Source: Botryllus schlosseri
Taxonomy: Eukaryota
NCBI GenBank assembly: GCA_051294905.1
Contig: CM119374.1
Coordinates: forward strand, 19,344,001-19,408,000
DNA: 64,000 bases
Reading direction: 5' to 3'
Part shown: positions 35,287-49,284 of the stretch, one piece after another
Layout: each line of letters begins with the position of its first letter
How positions within the stretch are numbered: the stretch's first letter is position 1
Notes under the pieces: generated by a model
Told to the model about the DNA's origin: nothing
Database searches by the model: none
What the model saw: the letters and a program-made list of their open reading frames with translations, nothing else
Program-made: the position numbers and the translations under genes

Positions 35287-38200
35287 TGGAAGCACAGACG
35301 AAAGCAAAGAATGCCACTAATGAGGCGAAAAACAAGAAGCCACGAAAACATGACTAGGGCAATTGGTCTCTGTGGAAAATCTGGATCGAATGCTCATCCA
35401 GTAAGTATAAACTCATAATTTGTGAAGGTTTGCCTATACCAAGTATCATTGCAGACTCGTACAGACTGCTTATTTAGTTAGTTGACGGACAACTAACGAA
35501 CGGTTTTTTCAGTACCGCAGTTCTAGTTCTAGATGCACATTTGGAAAAATACTACCGTAATAGTTTCCAAACAACTAGAGAGCGCCTGTCGTTAGTTGCG
35601 AGTTTTAAATTTGAGTAATTCTATAGTTGCGCTTACTAAAAATCCAGTAGTTTTTACAAATCTGGGACCTTGCCAACTATATTATTCATCTGTATTAGAT
35701 GTATGGGAGAAGGCTTATAGTGACATGAAGGAAGTTGTGGACAATAGTAGCTTGCCCCCCTCTTCATTGTCTGAAGATGAAGAACGACAACAGTCTAAAC
35801 AAAGACGTCAACCGCCCAAAAAATTTTAGAATAATTCTGTTTCAAATGATGATCAAGGTATCGGTATATACTCCTGTTATTCTGCCTAATATGTTGTACA
35901 CAGAATATTCATATATAAATTTTCATACTTTGTAGATGATGCGTTTCCTTCAAAGAAGAAAAGTAATCCAAGTATTCAGACACAAGGCATGCTAATACCA
36001 ATTCTAAGAATGCGGCCATCTCCTGATTCTGGCAATAAAAGTGTGACAAGCAAGGGTGCTGTTTTCAATGATGCTTGCAATGCAAGTTTGCCATCATGCG
36101 GAGAGTGTTCAAGAACAGCATGATTCCAACATTGAATGTAGCGGCCAGTTGCAGGGAACTAACCCATGCAGTAAGCTCCTATAACACTTTGATTCATTCT
36201 CGAATTTGAGTTATAGCGTCGTTCTGTTTTCTAGACGCTCCTTCATTTGTAAGCAATGTTGAACTTGAAAATTCTGACTGTCAACAACGAGGCCTAGATC
36301 ACAAAGTAATGGTAAGATTATCACGTGAGTAACTCCATGTCGAGTTCACCAGAAAAACGGAAAAATGTAACCAATTTTTCAGTTTTTCATGAAAATTGGC
36401 ATGCATAGAAAACTTCATTTTCTGATTTCAGAAGAACAAATTTCATCAAAATCGGTCAACTAGAATCGAAGATATGGCCGTTCAAAAATTGCTGTTTTTG
36501 TAATCGCTTAAGCGGAAAAAATGTATAAAATTTATACATGTAATTTGAATTTGCCATATTTACGTCAAATTAAGGGTAGTGCAGGTGATAATTTCATACT
36601 TGGCCATTCACATCCTACTTCATTCTCTTACCCGTTTTTTGGCACATGGGGTTGCATAGTTTGACCTGTGACCCCATGATTTTGTTTGTACCTCCAGAAA
36701 TCACTCACGCGTGACGGCATTTTCAATTTCAAATATCTCTTGCTGACCAGGTGGTATCACCAAGTGTGAGGTGTCGTTGGAAAGCTCTTGTAAAGGACTT
36801 TTGAAATCAACAATAATATTAGTGGGAAATTAATCGAAACATTTAAAAAATTCGTTGTGAAACAAAACAGTCTTGAAAAAATTGTTGAGTTTTTGAAAAT
36901 TGTTGCAATTTTACTTAACATAACAGGTGTCATTCTTATATTTGTAGCATGAATATTCGTACCTCAAACTTGGTGTTACCACCTGGTCAGCAAGAGATAT
37001 TTGCAATTGAAAATGCCGTCACGCGTGAGTGATTTCTGTAGGTCCGAACAAAATCATGGGGTCACAGGTCAAGCTATGCAACCTCAGGTGTCGAGCAAGG
37101 GGTATAAGTATGAAGTAGGGTGTAAATGACCAAGTTTGAAAGTATCACCCTCAACACCCGTAATTCGACCAAAATATGGCAAATTTAAATGACATGTCTA
37201 AATCTTTAGCATTTTTTCCGCTTGAGCGATTACAAAAACAGCAATTTTTGGAGGGTCATATCTTCTATTCTATTTGACCGATTTTGATAATATCTACTTT
37301 TCTCAAATCAGAAAATAAAGTTCTGTAAGCATACCAATTTCCATAAAATTCCGAGGTAGTGGTTACAGTGGCCAGGAGAACTGACACGGATTGACTCACA
37401 TATGATTAATCCAGCTTTCTTATATTCAAATAATTTTTAGCTGCTCCGTGCACACCATCAACTCCAACATCTGCATACAGTGACCACTCAATTTCTTTGA
37501 TGCGTAAAGACATCAAAGAATTGAAGTTAAAGATGAACCAGATGATGGATCTCAGTAAAGGTCACATCATCACCGATTCAAAAAAACACAGTACCACAAC
37601 CCCAATCTAGCTGGAAGATCTTATTGAAGACCCCTGTCAAACCTTATCTCATCTGGAACAACTGGAAAAGAACTTGATTAACTGCGATTGCAAGAAGTCT
37701 GAACTGGTATGATTTTGTTGATTAGAGCAAACTTTGCCGGACTATCTAACTCAGACCTGGCCAAAGTGCGGCCCGCAAACCATTCTGAGCGGCCCGCGTG
37801 TCCATTTCTCGAAATTCAAAACACAAAACCTACTTTTGAAAATTAAACCGTAAGCTTATACACTGGGCCGGAACGGAAATATACCGCGGTTACGCAGCCT
37901 ACGTCCCTCGCAAGCTCGCATGCGCAATCCATGTTCAACATAAAGCCAATGTAGCAAAGTATGTCGTAACAATTAAAATCACAATAAGTCACTCTTTTCA
38001 TTTAGTTTAAACCTTCTTTGTTGCCATTGTCACATTACGCAGATTCAAGTCGAGTCATTTTCAACTCGCCACCGAGTCAAGTCCAGGTCATCGGTCAGAG
38101 AGTCGAGTCCGAGTCATGGTATTATGACTCGAGTCCAAGTCAATGTGTTGACTGCTCAGTTTCCAGCTAAAATCTTGTTAAACTCACCTTTTATAACTCT

Positions 38201-39590
38201 GTCTGGCGATATTGAATGGTTCGCATTTATAATATAGTAGTTTTCCTCACTTTTAGCAGTTTCTGATCGCATTTTCAAGTACTACTACAAATAGACAAAA
38301 TCCCAATAGGGAGGTTACTTTAATATTCTTCGAAATTACGATGAAATATCGGTCCTGGCCGTCTTTGTCCCGAGTCATATGACTTGGTTCGTTCGAGTCA
38401 TGCACAATGACTCGAGTCCAAGTTGCGTCAATACACAGATTGACACGAGTCGAGTCATTTCCGTATTTAGAGACTTGTACAAACTAACCATTTAGTTAGT
38501 TGAAAGTCAACCAACTAACGGTTTCTTGGGTAGTTGTAGTTCTAGTTGCGGATTTTCAAAATTGAGTAGTTCCAATTCTAGTCGCACATTTGAAAAAATA
38601 CTAGTTGCCGAACATCTAGTAAACATGTGTCGTCGTTTTGGGCGAATTGAGATGCCGGTGTTCTATTGAATGATATATGTACTGTACAGTCATAGGCGAC
38701 GAGTTGCGGGGTGCTGGGGCGTCGCGTTGCCTTGTGCACTGATGAATCTCGCTATTTGGCAACACGCCTCTTCCTAATTAGCTTCGCGCAACACTGAAAA
38801 TACGACTTATTGATTTGCGACTGAATATTAGCATCAGTACGGTCATTTCAAAAGGACGTTGATCAGCGCGCCTACGGTATTTAGTTGTTCGACGCGTTGA
38901 TATGCGATGGTTTTTATTTATTCACGACAGATCAGGGAGTCGCTAATTAACACCACTTCCGGACTCGTCAAACTGATAATGCGCATATAATCGTCAGCAC
39001 GAGAAGATTGTATAATCGTCATTTACGGATGTACTTAACCATAATGAATTGATGCTATATTAGTGAATTCGAAAAATATCGAAACCCCGCGCTATTATTT
39101 TAAAACCCCTTACTGATTTTTCGGCTGGCTGATTTTCGGGATGCCAGGGCCGGCATGAACAGAATAAAATTTATATTTACGTGATTATTATATCAGCAGC
39201 TTTCCATTGACACACGTTTTATCGGATTTTGCACTCGAAAAGCCGGTCAAAATGGCCATAAAGTTGCCTTTGTTCCAATGGAAAGTATGACGTAGCCTAA
39301 CCCAAATGCAGTGTCCACACCATATAGGACACTATGGTAACATTGTTTGTGCTGGGCAAAATTGAGTACCTGAAATTTAATAATAAACTGAACTGGTCTA
39401 GTGATTTTTCATTCTGGCACACACCACTATGTATTGTATTTTGTATTACAGGTATCTGCTTTGAATGGACTTCGGGGTGAACAATTGGCCTCAACGGTCA
39501 GAAATATGACAAGCATAGCTGCAAAGGTTCAGTCTGAAAGGTCAAAGAAGCAAAAATGGACAAAAAAAAAGTTTTCAAAATTTTACTCTT
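35287..39590 (+). pseudogene. Decayed spliced DUF4806-like gene (type often carried as a second gene of DNA transposons)
   Basis: Exon-like blocks at 35287-35400, 35699-35857, 35936-about 36170, about 36234-36311, about 37441-37706 and 39452-about 39590, with GT-AG sites. Peptides include WEKAYSDMKE...LSEDEE...RRQPPKKF, DPCQTLSHLEQLEKNL and VSALNGLRGEQLASTVRNM. Several in-frame stops. Confidence 0.5.
36321..37405. mobile_element. Long fold-back MITE (about 450-bp inverted arms)
   Basis: 36700-36775 is the reverse complement of 36960-37035, and arm homology continues to the ends (GTGAGTAACTCCATGTC / GACACGGATTGACTCAC). Confidence 0.8.
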
Positions 39591-40612
39591 GACAAGACTA
39601 CTAAACGTAAGTTGTAACTAATATTACAATCGCGATTACAAAACCCTCAATAACAATGTCTTCGAGAGCATTTTTACAGAGTTAGGGTATTTTGATTTCC
39701 CTTGTGAAATATCATTGCAGCTAAATTGCAAATTGTTGCTGACCACACGGACTTGTAAGCCCTCGTTTGAAGTCATCTTCTACTGAGATTGCCGACATGG
39801 CGAAATCACAAACAAGTGCGTTGATTGCGCAACTCCGTGCTGAGTCTGAAATGTTTTGAAATACCAATTTTGACATTATGTGGTGATCACATTCGAGAGA
39901 GATTGTTACCGCTGTCGGAGATTCCAATTTGCCGCATTGTTTTGTAATGCCGCCCCTGATCTACTTATATTCTCTTTGAAGGAGCATGCAAAGTGACTCA
40001 TCCTACGGCCGAGAGTCGAACAATTACAAGTAAAGTGGGACGATTTCTAACTGTTATTGGAGCTTGCAAGGTAATTTTGTTTATGAATCTGACGTCTGTG
40101 TGACAGCTGCGTTCTTTATCATATTATTTGACAGTAAATGAATCGTTGCTACTTCCAGGGCCGCTACCATTCATATTCAGAACACTATACCTGTGGTTCC
40201 CAAACTGTGACGTAATGTAATTAAAAAAAAAATTCTAGTAATTATTTAATTTTGTCAAGATTGTCGGCCCAGCTTGCATAAATTTTTGATCCTCTCGTAA
40301 CACTTTCTAAGATTTAGCGGTGGAACCAATGTCTCCAAAACTTTTGTGCGAATAATCGATCACTCAATTTCAAACTCCTTTCAATTCACATTTCTACACG
40401 GGAAGCAAGTTTATCCTCAACTGGTCGCATTTGTACCGCGTGGAGAGCTCAGCGCCTGGCTTAGCTTCTATATGTTGGAATTGAGCCAAATTTGGCGCGC
40501 AGAGTTTAATCGATAATCAAGTCGAAGTAGATGGTAAAGTTTGACTTGGCTGTCACACACCACCAAGGTCGTCGTGATTTACAAAAGACGGTTCAGTATC
40601 CTTGGATGAATG

Positions 40613-41445
40613 CCATGTTGGGATCAATTCACTACCTTCGAGTCACGAGCCATTGCACATTTTGACTCGAGTCGAGTCAAGTCGCTCGTTTTTGGAGGTG
40701 ACTCGAGTCAAGTCAAGTCAAATTGAATTTTCGAAGTATGAGTGGTGATGCAAAGTCATTACATTTTGCTAACTGGTGATGGACAGATTAATTGGCCATT
40801 TATCTTGAATCAAATAGCGAATATAAAGTTAAATATACATGCAAAAAGGTGTTGCATCGCGCGCACACACGTAGAACTGCTAATAAAATACGCGAGTAAC
40901 TGTCCACATGCAACAGTCTGGTTTTAATGCCAATATAGAGGATCGAATATGAAGCCTCGAGAAGTTGAACAAATTTATTTGCTACAACAGGCACTATCCA
41001 TCTACACATCCGTGAGAATATTAAGGCATAAACTAAATTCGTTCGATTTAAATCATATAAGAGTGTTGGTAAAGGTGAGCGCTGTGCAATGTAGGCACTG
41101 AACCGTCTAAGAAACAAAGATATGTTGCTATTAGATTAATCTACAACTACTACTACAACGTAAGCAGTGAACGTTTAGTTATTGGTCGATTTATTTGTGA
41201 TGTAATAATGGAGCGTCAGTGATTCGTACAATCAGTGAATGACTGATTGCTCTCACAAGTGACACCGACGTAACGCGGACAACCCGAACATAGATAAGAT
41301 AGGATGATTTAATTGACACTGTTTACTTGATGACTTGAAATTGACTTGTGAATTTTGCTCCGAGTCATGAGTCAATCCTCATTTCTGAAGCGCCGAGTCA
41401 AGTCAAGTCATTTTTACAAAGTGGACTTGAGTCATCCCAACACTG
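40613..41445 (+). mobile_element. hAT MITE, GACTCGAGTC family
   Basis: Ends (CC/CA)GTGTTGGGAT / ATCCCAACACTG with perfect TSD GATGAATG. Confidence 0.88.
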
Positions 41446-42082
41446 GATGAATGTGACTTCACATGACCGTCCCACGGTACTCGCACCCAAACACATAAAT
41501 TACTTTTGCACTACTGCTATAATCAATGAAAGTAATCAATTCATTTATGTTATAGGATGTCAATAAAGGAGAAAACAGGAGCAAGACTGTTATCGAGGAG
41601 GCTGAAGATTCCGATACCGATAACATGGACTATTGCTAATGCAGAAATATTTGCTGAAGTCATTGCAAAGTTCTGTATCAAGGCCCAATTCTTGCTTGTG
41701 TATTTTCTTCATCCGAGTTTTTTTGGCGTGTTTTGTACTGATTTCATACAGAACAGAAAGCCATATAAATGATTTTAAAAATTGGCGATTAGTTTTCATT
41801 CTGAATCAAGGCCTACCTCTTGGTGTCTACTTCTTGTTAACGTATGCTGTGTGTTGTCTGGACTGTTATTTTACCTTCATTCTTCATCCATTTTTATTGC
41901 AATTTTCCGTCAATGTCTAGTCCAGTGCATTTTTTGTATTTTGAACTGGTATAATATAGAACAAAAAGCCATACATGATTTGTAAAACTGACGATTCGTA
42001 TTCGTTCATATGTGAAGTGCAGCATATAGCAGGTTTAGCCAACCAGGGTTCAGGGTCACACAGGGTCGAGCTGTACAAAAAA

Positions 42083-42250
42083 TATATTATTGGATATCGT
42101 TGAGGATGTTTATCAGGATATCTTTGAGGATGGTTATCAGGATATCTTTGAGGATGTTTATCAGGATATCTTTGAGGATGTTTATCAGGATATCTTTGAG
42201 GATGTCCATCAGGATATCTTTGAGGATGTCCTACAGGACATCTTATATAT
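42083..42250. repeat. 24-bp minisatellite (AGGATATCTTTGAGGATGTTTATC), about 6.5 units
   Basis: Directly visible; produces three repeat-derived pseudo-ORFs. A GTGTTTGCTGGG end follows at about 42350. Confidence 0.92.
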
Positions 42251-42642
42251 ATCCATTTCTGTCGACAAATGTATATATTTTGCACATAATTGAAGGACAT
42301 CTTTTGAACTCATAGAAGATGTTTAAAAAATATCTTTAATAAGTTTTGTGTTTGCTGGGAACACAGAGAAGTACACTATGATAATTTCTAACGATATGCA
42401 CGTATCATTCCAGAGTCTACTGATCCTGTTTCGGCAGACAGAGTTCAAAATGAAATGCTGGCGTTCTGCTGTGTGGTCAATAACTCATTTGTATCTGCTT
42501 GATGTGTTTTATCAGCGTTCCTATTTATTGTTGGGAACATATTTTATATTCACATTAAAATTACTGGCAAGTATCGCATGTGACTGGATGACCATTTGCA
42601 TCGGTCTGTGTAGATTTTGACGGTGTTGTATACCGAGATGAG

Positions 42643-42694
42643 CATTGAACAATGATATATATATGTAGCCTAGGCCTATGTATATATATCATTG
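42643..42694. mobile_element. 52-bp hairpin mini-element (CAATGATATATA...TATATATCATTG)
   Basis: Flanked by an exact GAGATGAG direct repeat (42635-42642 and 42695-42702). Confidence 0.7.
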
Positions 42695-43047
42695 GAGATG
42701 AGCGACAGGCACTCGAATTGTATATATTGACGACGACATCTAACGCTGTAGCAAGTTTCAAGATTACTACTACAACTGATTTGGGTTGTAATTTCGTTAT
42801 CAATATCGAGTATTTATGACTGTGATATGCCATCTAACCTACGGTAAATTGTTGCGATTGACCAAAACTGCCAACAATCGAAAACGGAAATGTCGTGCCT
42901 TAGTCACATTCGATACTGTAAGGCTTTCTAAGTCTTCACCACCCGTCCATGCTATCCCGGTAATGCTGAGCGCCAAGCGGGGGAGTCATGGATAGCAGTG
43001 TTATAATCAGGTCTTCAGTCTGAGCCAATGATATATATACATATGTA

Positions 43048-45666
43048 CAGTGGCGGCTCGTCCTATAGGGCAACTGGGGCATTGCCCCACCTAAAATTCT
43101 GTTCAATAACAATTTAACCATTTATAGACGCACAGCAATCAATATGTACCGAGATCACAGCGAAACCCGCGTTCTTGTGCTTTCGCTTGCAAACGCCCAT
43201 ACATAGCGAAGTCTCTGCGAAAATCGAATTCTCTTCTGTGTTTTCGCTTTGTGAATGCCTAGCCGGGGCTTGCCCCGGTAGCGCTCATAACAAGCTTTCA
43301 CTATCTATTCTCTCAAAGCCGCGCACAATAAAGAAACGGTGATTTACTCTCTCCTATTCGTAAAATGGCCGAGCAACCGGGGCAAATATGCTTGCTCGCC
43401 CCGAAGGTGTGATGTAACAATCGTATCTATATCTATATCTGAACTCGGTTACCGTAATATGCGTTGAGTCGACCTTTGCTGGAATAGGTCGATTTTGACG
43501 GTGTTTCGCACCATGATATTTCTTGAAACTTGGTATGATATGTCGTGAAGGTAGTATTTAACACTGCTCCAAGTTTCAGGCTTGCTACTTAAAGATAATG
43601 GTAGTAATTCCGTTTCCGAAGTTCAGTGTGTGCTGATCTATCATGTACATAGTAAAGCAAACAGATTTTACTCAAAAGCCGGTATTGGTCTCCATTGATT
43701 TTGACGATGTTCTATACCGAGATCGGTCATGACATTTGGCACGATAAGTGTTAGTATCGACCGCTGTAACAAGTTTTAAGTTTGTCACTGAACTATGTGG
43801 GTGGTAATTTCGTTTCCAAAGTCGAGTAAGAGCTGACTCTTCATTTATCGCCAACAAATTTACGCAAAAGCCGTTATTGGTCTCTATTGATTTCAACGAT
43901 GTTCCATACCTAGATCTGTCATGAGCTTTCGCACGGTATGTCTGGATTTTAGTATCGAACACGGTGCCAAGTCTTAAAGTTGACACTCAATGATTGAGGC
44001 AGTTATTTCGTTTTCGAGGTCGAGTATGGTAGAGATGCGCGCTGATCTGATACTTAGCCTACCTACGTCATTGCGGATCTCACGCAATAGCCGGTGTCGG
44101 TCTGTGCTAATCTATAGTCTGCGTTCCATAACGAGATCGGTGATGATATTTCCAATGGTATATCTCGATGATCGCATGAAACAGCTGACCAAGATTCTCG
44201 GTTTGCATTCAAATATTCACATAATTTTATGTTCGCCAATGTCCATTTCACTGTGAAATTGTGGCCTTCAAACCATTTGCTTACAATCCCCTGTCAAATG
44301 CGATAGCTATTTCATTTTCGATGTCGGCTAACAGCTGATCATTCGATCAGCCTATTCCTCGGTCTATTTTACTCAAAGTTCGGTGTTCGTCTGTTTGTAT
44401 TGATTTTGACAGTGTACCATACCGGAATGGGTTGTGAGATTGCGTATGCTACTTCTCGATGATTTCTTGTAATAGTATACTAAGTTACGGCTTTTATTCA
44501 TGTATTTATTGATTAGTATATTTTCCAACGGCGATTTCGCAGCAGACTTATAGACTGTAAGCCGTATGTGTTGTGTCACAGTCTCCAGTTTCAAGGCCAA
44601 AATGTCCTATGATGTTCCGAGACCGAAGTTCCGAGGCTGCTGTCCTTAGTTCTTCAAAGACCATTCAAATTGATGTTCTGGATTCAATATGACAGGCCCA
44701 ATCTATGAGATAACAATTGCGTATGTGTCCGAACTCGTTGACCATTCCAGTTAGGCTTACGCAATCTCTCGAGTTCTAGTCATTGGAATGAGTCAGGTCA
44801 AGTCAAGTGCGAACATGAATCGTATTGAATCTTTGCTCCGTACGTAGTTTACGCAGTTGTCTTTAGAGCGAAAATGAGAGGTCTAGAAGTTGTCCAGTCT
44901 ATTGATCCAATCGTACGCCGGGTGCCTACGTTTTGGTTGCCTATTATCACCTGGTCGTAACCAGAGATGGCCACAGTCCGGTTCAGGAGCCGGAGAAGGA
45001 TTTCAATGTTTTTTTACCTGGCCGGACTGGATCCGGATTTTGAATTTGGGGTGACGGTCGGATTTTAGCCGGATTTTTTTGCTGTGATATGAATAATTAG
45101 CATTGTTCTGGCAGGATTTTTTCGGATTCCGAACTGGACATTCACCAGCCGGATTTCTTTGGACTATGAATTTCCAATTGCCAGCCGGATCCGGATAGAT
45201 TCGGATCCCGAAATTTTGGAATCCGCCCATCTCTGGTCGTAACCACCAGCTCAGTGGTCGTAACACACCAGGATCGTGTACGAAACACTTTCGGACGGGC
45301 TTAGAAAAATTAGGGTCTATCGATTTGCGTAATCTATAACTATATACCATGAAATCATAACGCATGCTACTAAGGATGACCTGATACTTGATTCGTGGCA
45401 TAGGGACGATTCTTAGTTCACGTACATTTTGTAAAATAATCCTTTGTTAAAAAATAAATGAATAAAACATTTGTTACCACACTTCAAGTCACGGCTCACC
45501 GGTAAACCTCTCGCGGCACCTACGTTAAAATCACTGTTGTCGGGAAATTCATGTGAGCATCATAAAGTTACTTTTTTACGTTGGAAAACGCCATTGTGAC
45601 GTCATGTTGATAAAAGTCGCTCGCAGCCCTTGCCCCACCACCCGATATTGTCACGAGCCGCCACTG
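43048..45666 (+). mobile_element. 2.6-kb non-autonomous hAT-type element
   Basis: TIR CAGTGGCGGCTCGT / ACGAGCCGCCACTG with perfect TSD CATATGTA. Contains degenerate about 190-bp tandem repeats (about 43480-44200). Confidence 0.9.
44962..45235 (+). mobile_element. hAT MITE with CCGGAT repeats, nested in 43048-45666
   Basis: TIR CAGAGATGG / CCATCTCTG with perfect TSD GTCGTAAC. A related reverse fragment lies at about 34620-34830. Confidence 0.9.
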
Positions 45667-45958
45667 CATATGTATATATATCATTGGTCTGAGCCGGCCG
45701 CTTCGCCATTACGCTATATTGTCGGAATGAATATGTTCTCACTTCCAATCAATTGGCCGAGAAGACCATGCTTCTCTTCATGTAATGTAGGGTCTCAAGC
45801 CGATTGTTATTAAATTTCATGAACTCACAGAACCCTGGTTGGGAACCACTGCAGTGTGTGGCCGGCGATGAGGGACCCAGATGAGCGTTCAACACTCGTA
45901 CGTGTTCTGGAGTGAACCTTGTTCAAAAATCAAACCTGCAATCCCTTCCTGCAATTTC

Positions 45959-46901
45959 CAGTGTTGGGATCAAGTCACTACCTTCGAGTCACGAGTCATT
46001 TCAAGTCATTTCACATTTTGACTCGAGTCAAGTCAAGTCAATCGATTTTCAAAGGTGACTCGAGTCAAGTCAAGTCACTCGATTTTTGGAGGTGACTCGA
46101 GTCAAGTCGAGTCAAGTCAAGTCAAGTCACGAGTCAAGTCACATTTCAAGTCAATTTGCCCTTTCGAAGTATGTATGATGCATGATTACGTCATTGCAAT
46201 TTGCTATCTGTCCGAAATACAGTTTCAGTGGTCATTGATTCCGAAACGATGACCGGAAATAGAGCTAAATATACACGCAAGAAGGCGCTGTATTGCTCAC
46301 ATATACGCAGAACTGTTAAACTACGTAATTACATAGCCTCATTTTATAGTTACTAGCCAAAATATAGAAACGAATAGATAAGATACAATACATTACCCAT
46401 CTTCAAATAGATATGATACCATTCAAGCCTGCGTCAATGATTGAAGACTATATAAACTATATTTTACTTCAATTTCAATAAAACAAGAGGTTTGGTAAAG
46501 GTAAGAACAGAGAACAGAAATATACATTTTGCTGTTCTATTACTTTACTTCTAGAGTTACGACAACGTAAGCTGTAAGCTTAAGTGTGCGGTCAATTTAT
46601 TAGTGAGAAAACAGTCGAGGCTCAATGAAACGCACGGTCATTAAATGATTGGTCGCTCTTACGGGCTACGCAAGCGTTTCGCGAACAATCTGAACATTTG
46701 TAAGATACAGTGATTTTTATCGACAACAATTACTTGATGACTTGAAATTGACTCGTGAATTTTGCTCCGAGTCACGAGTCAATCCACATTTCTGATGTGC
46801 CGAGTCAAGTCAAGTCATTTTAGCAAAGTGACTCGAGTCAAGTCAAGTCATGCGAAAAAGGTGACTCGAGTCAAGTCATGACTCGAGTCATCCCAACACT
46901 G
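45959..46901 (+). mobile_element. hAT MITE, GACTCGAGTC family
   Basis: TIR CAGTGTTGGGAT / ATCCCAACACTG with perfect TSD GCAATTTC. Confidence 0.92.
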
Positions 46902-49077
46902 GCAATTTCATAACACCCGTTAGGGCGTAGAAACTCTCACACATCAGCAATAAAACTATTCACTACTCGTTTACTAGAATAGAGCGATGCTCACTCCGAC
47001 ACTCTAATGGTGGAAAACAGCATTCCATAAAATAATGTACCCGTTCTATCCAGCGTAGCCTCAATAATTAATTCTCCGGGCCAGTATTTTCTCGCACAGA
47101 GTGACGCTTACAACTCAAATCTGTTCTCATCATAATTGCGCCACTGCCGCGTACTGAGGTCCAGTGCCCCTTTCACGAAGAATACGCCTCTTTCAAACCT
47201 ATCATCTATTTCACAATCACACAGGCAGCAAGCATGATTCTCTGCCGTCTTCACAACCTCACCGCCAAGCCAGATTTCTGTAAACACATTCGATCCCACC
47301 TCTGCGCCACGGACCATCTCACAAAGTCGCCAAAACTTCTCTTCAGTAATTTATACGAAGCAGCATACACAGTAACAGTATTTGGTCGAGGACTCGATCG
47401 CAAGGCTCAAAAACGGCCCGACGGAAACGAGCGGGGTTGCGGAATAGTCCCCGTCGTTTCGCGCCGAGGGTCTCGAAAGAGAAGGCTTACTTGATGGCGC
47501 ATTCGCAAACCGGCGGATCATCAAATACACAAGAACAATATTTAGAACAATGATAATTCAAATAGAAGTAAAATATGAAAATAACTTCGGCTAAATCACA
47601 GAGGCTTCCCGGCCGCGAGAGCCAAGTCTGTGAAGTCCTTAAATTTGTCAAAGCGTACAAGTTTCAAGTAGCGAATGGGCCGCCTCGCAAACATCTTCGA
47701 CGCCGTACACCGTGTTTTACAACGACGGTACTGAATCGCTAGCTTTACTCCACATCAATTCAGCACGCGTCTGTTTGTGTTAAAAAGTACTGGCTCAAAC
47801 GATCGCGATATATAACTCTGTTAATTACTCTCTAGCAAACAAGTAAGCTGAATCCATCCACTTGAATGTACGTCAGCACCAAGTCGATAAAATATACCGG
47901 TCCAATACTCATCGAGTATGATACAACGGTGATGGGGTATGGTCAAGAAGGGCTGAGCAAAATCAAGCAGCTAAGTACTTCGATTCCGAATGGAGCATAG
48001 GCTTCGAGTACTTACGGCGGCATAGCAGTATGGGTGATTGTGAAAGCTCAAACATGTATCTTTTAACGACTACCCAGACATATAATAACAATTACACACC
48101 ACGTTAGACTTAATTTGATATTTTCGCGACCATACCTATTTCAATGCGCTTTGTGTGAATGTTGCGGATTGAACACTACGCTTCCACTAACGTGTGTGGC
48201 TTGTGATACGTGTTTGGGATGTAGTGCCGCCGCCGATATAGATTTCAAGGCTTCCAAGGCGGGAAGAACGTATAGAAACTAAAATCATCATTGGTAACAT
48301 ACTGGCGAGGGCTGTGTAATTTGAATACTCGAAAAAACAGTCTTTCATTACTCGGCTCGAATTATTGTGCCCAACCCTAGTCACAAGCGCTTGTTTTTTA
48401 TGAGACATCGTGTGGTTACTGGTTACATTTGCTCGGTTAACTTACAGACAATATCACATAAGCTAGTATTTGGCACCAGGCAAGATACCGCTTCATCACA
48501 TCCAAGTATGAAGGTCATTGAGACGTCTATTGAATGATAGAAAATTTTTACCATCTTTTAACCGCATCAGGATTAGTTGATGACCGTCTGATACTAGTTG
48601 GGAACGAAACACCAAACATTGCTCGCGACTATCCATCGACATTGTTCTTTAGGGGAATTGCCATGTGTATTTGGACATATGAGCACGCGATACTTGGGCA
48701 TGCGGCATTTGAGCATGTCGGTGAAGGATAGGGTTAGTTTTGAGGTTATAAAGTCACCTGCTCAACTGTCGTTATTCACCGTGTCACATGCTCAAATGTC
48801 AGGCAACGTTATAAAAGAGTGAGGATTTAAGCATTACCAATTCTGCATGCATGTCCTCACAAACGCTCGACATGGCCTCGAGATATGATTAGAACGTATG
48901 CGGCACAACACTAATTGCACGTGCGACGTAGACGTATCGCTCTGTCACGCTCGCGATAAACTCCGGTCCGCCGTCAAATGCATAACGCGGATGATTGCCA
49001 CAATGCAATAGAAGTGGAAACATTCTCAAAATGTGACAAGTACTGAATTCGCAAAAACAATTACAGTCTGTGCATCG

Positions 49078-49284
49078 TTAGGACGGGCTTTTCCTTTCAA
49101 AGTTGTGGTCGGCCGTTCTCTGATTGGTTTTGTCGTGGTTTGGCATATGTCCGTGGTCTTGCATATGTGGCTCGTGGCCCGGTTGGGTGTTGGGTACGGC
49201 TGTTTTTTGCATATGGGTGGGTGCGGCGTGGGACGGGTGGCTGGTCACCGACGCTGTCTTTGTCACGGATGTCTTCGGAGCGTC
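49078..49284 (-). CDS. TSC22D: Probable terminal exon of the TSC22-family gene (DAPKTSVTKTASVTSHPSH...RKSPS*)
   Basis: Pyrimidine-rich acceptor TTTTTTACCCAG; phase 0 fits the 54377 donor; S/T/P/H/Q-rich. No homology support. Confidence 0.5.
   Translation of the reverse strand, partial: DAPKTSVTKTASVTSHPSHAAPTHMQKTAVPNTQPGHEPHMQDHGHMPNHDKTNQRTADHNFERKSPS

Larger units (their letters stand above)
43026..45686. mobile_element. 34-bp perfect palindromic mini-element split at its centre by the 43048-45666 element
   Basis: Reconstructs to CAATGATATATATACATATGTATATATATCATTG, with outer TSD GTCTGAGC (43018-43025 and 45687-45694). Confidence 0.75.

Noticed and set aside
39721-39927. Minus-strand ORF with ALVCD, resembling a CACTA/EnSpm transposase motif
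   Set aside because: Similarity is limited to a few residues and no other transposase motifs are adjacent.
42083-42250. CRISPR-like regular repeats
   Set aside because: Head-to-tail 24-bp units without unique spacers, in a eukaryotic context; this is a minisatellite.
34083-42362. Possible 8-kb element bounded by CCCAGCAAACAC / GTGTTTGCTGGG enclosing the DUF4806-like gene
   Set aside because: Subterminal sequences differ and no TSD is evident; they are more likely independent MITE ends.
47108-48822. Cluster of short ORFs that might be another decayed viral or transposon gene
   Set aside because: No motif recognised and the frames do not join coherently.
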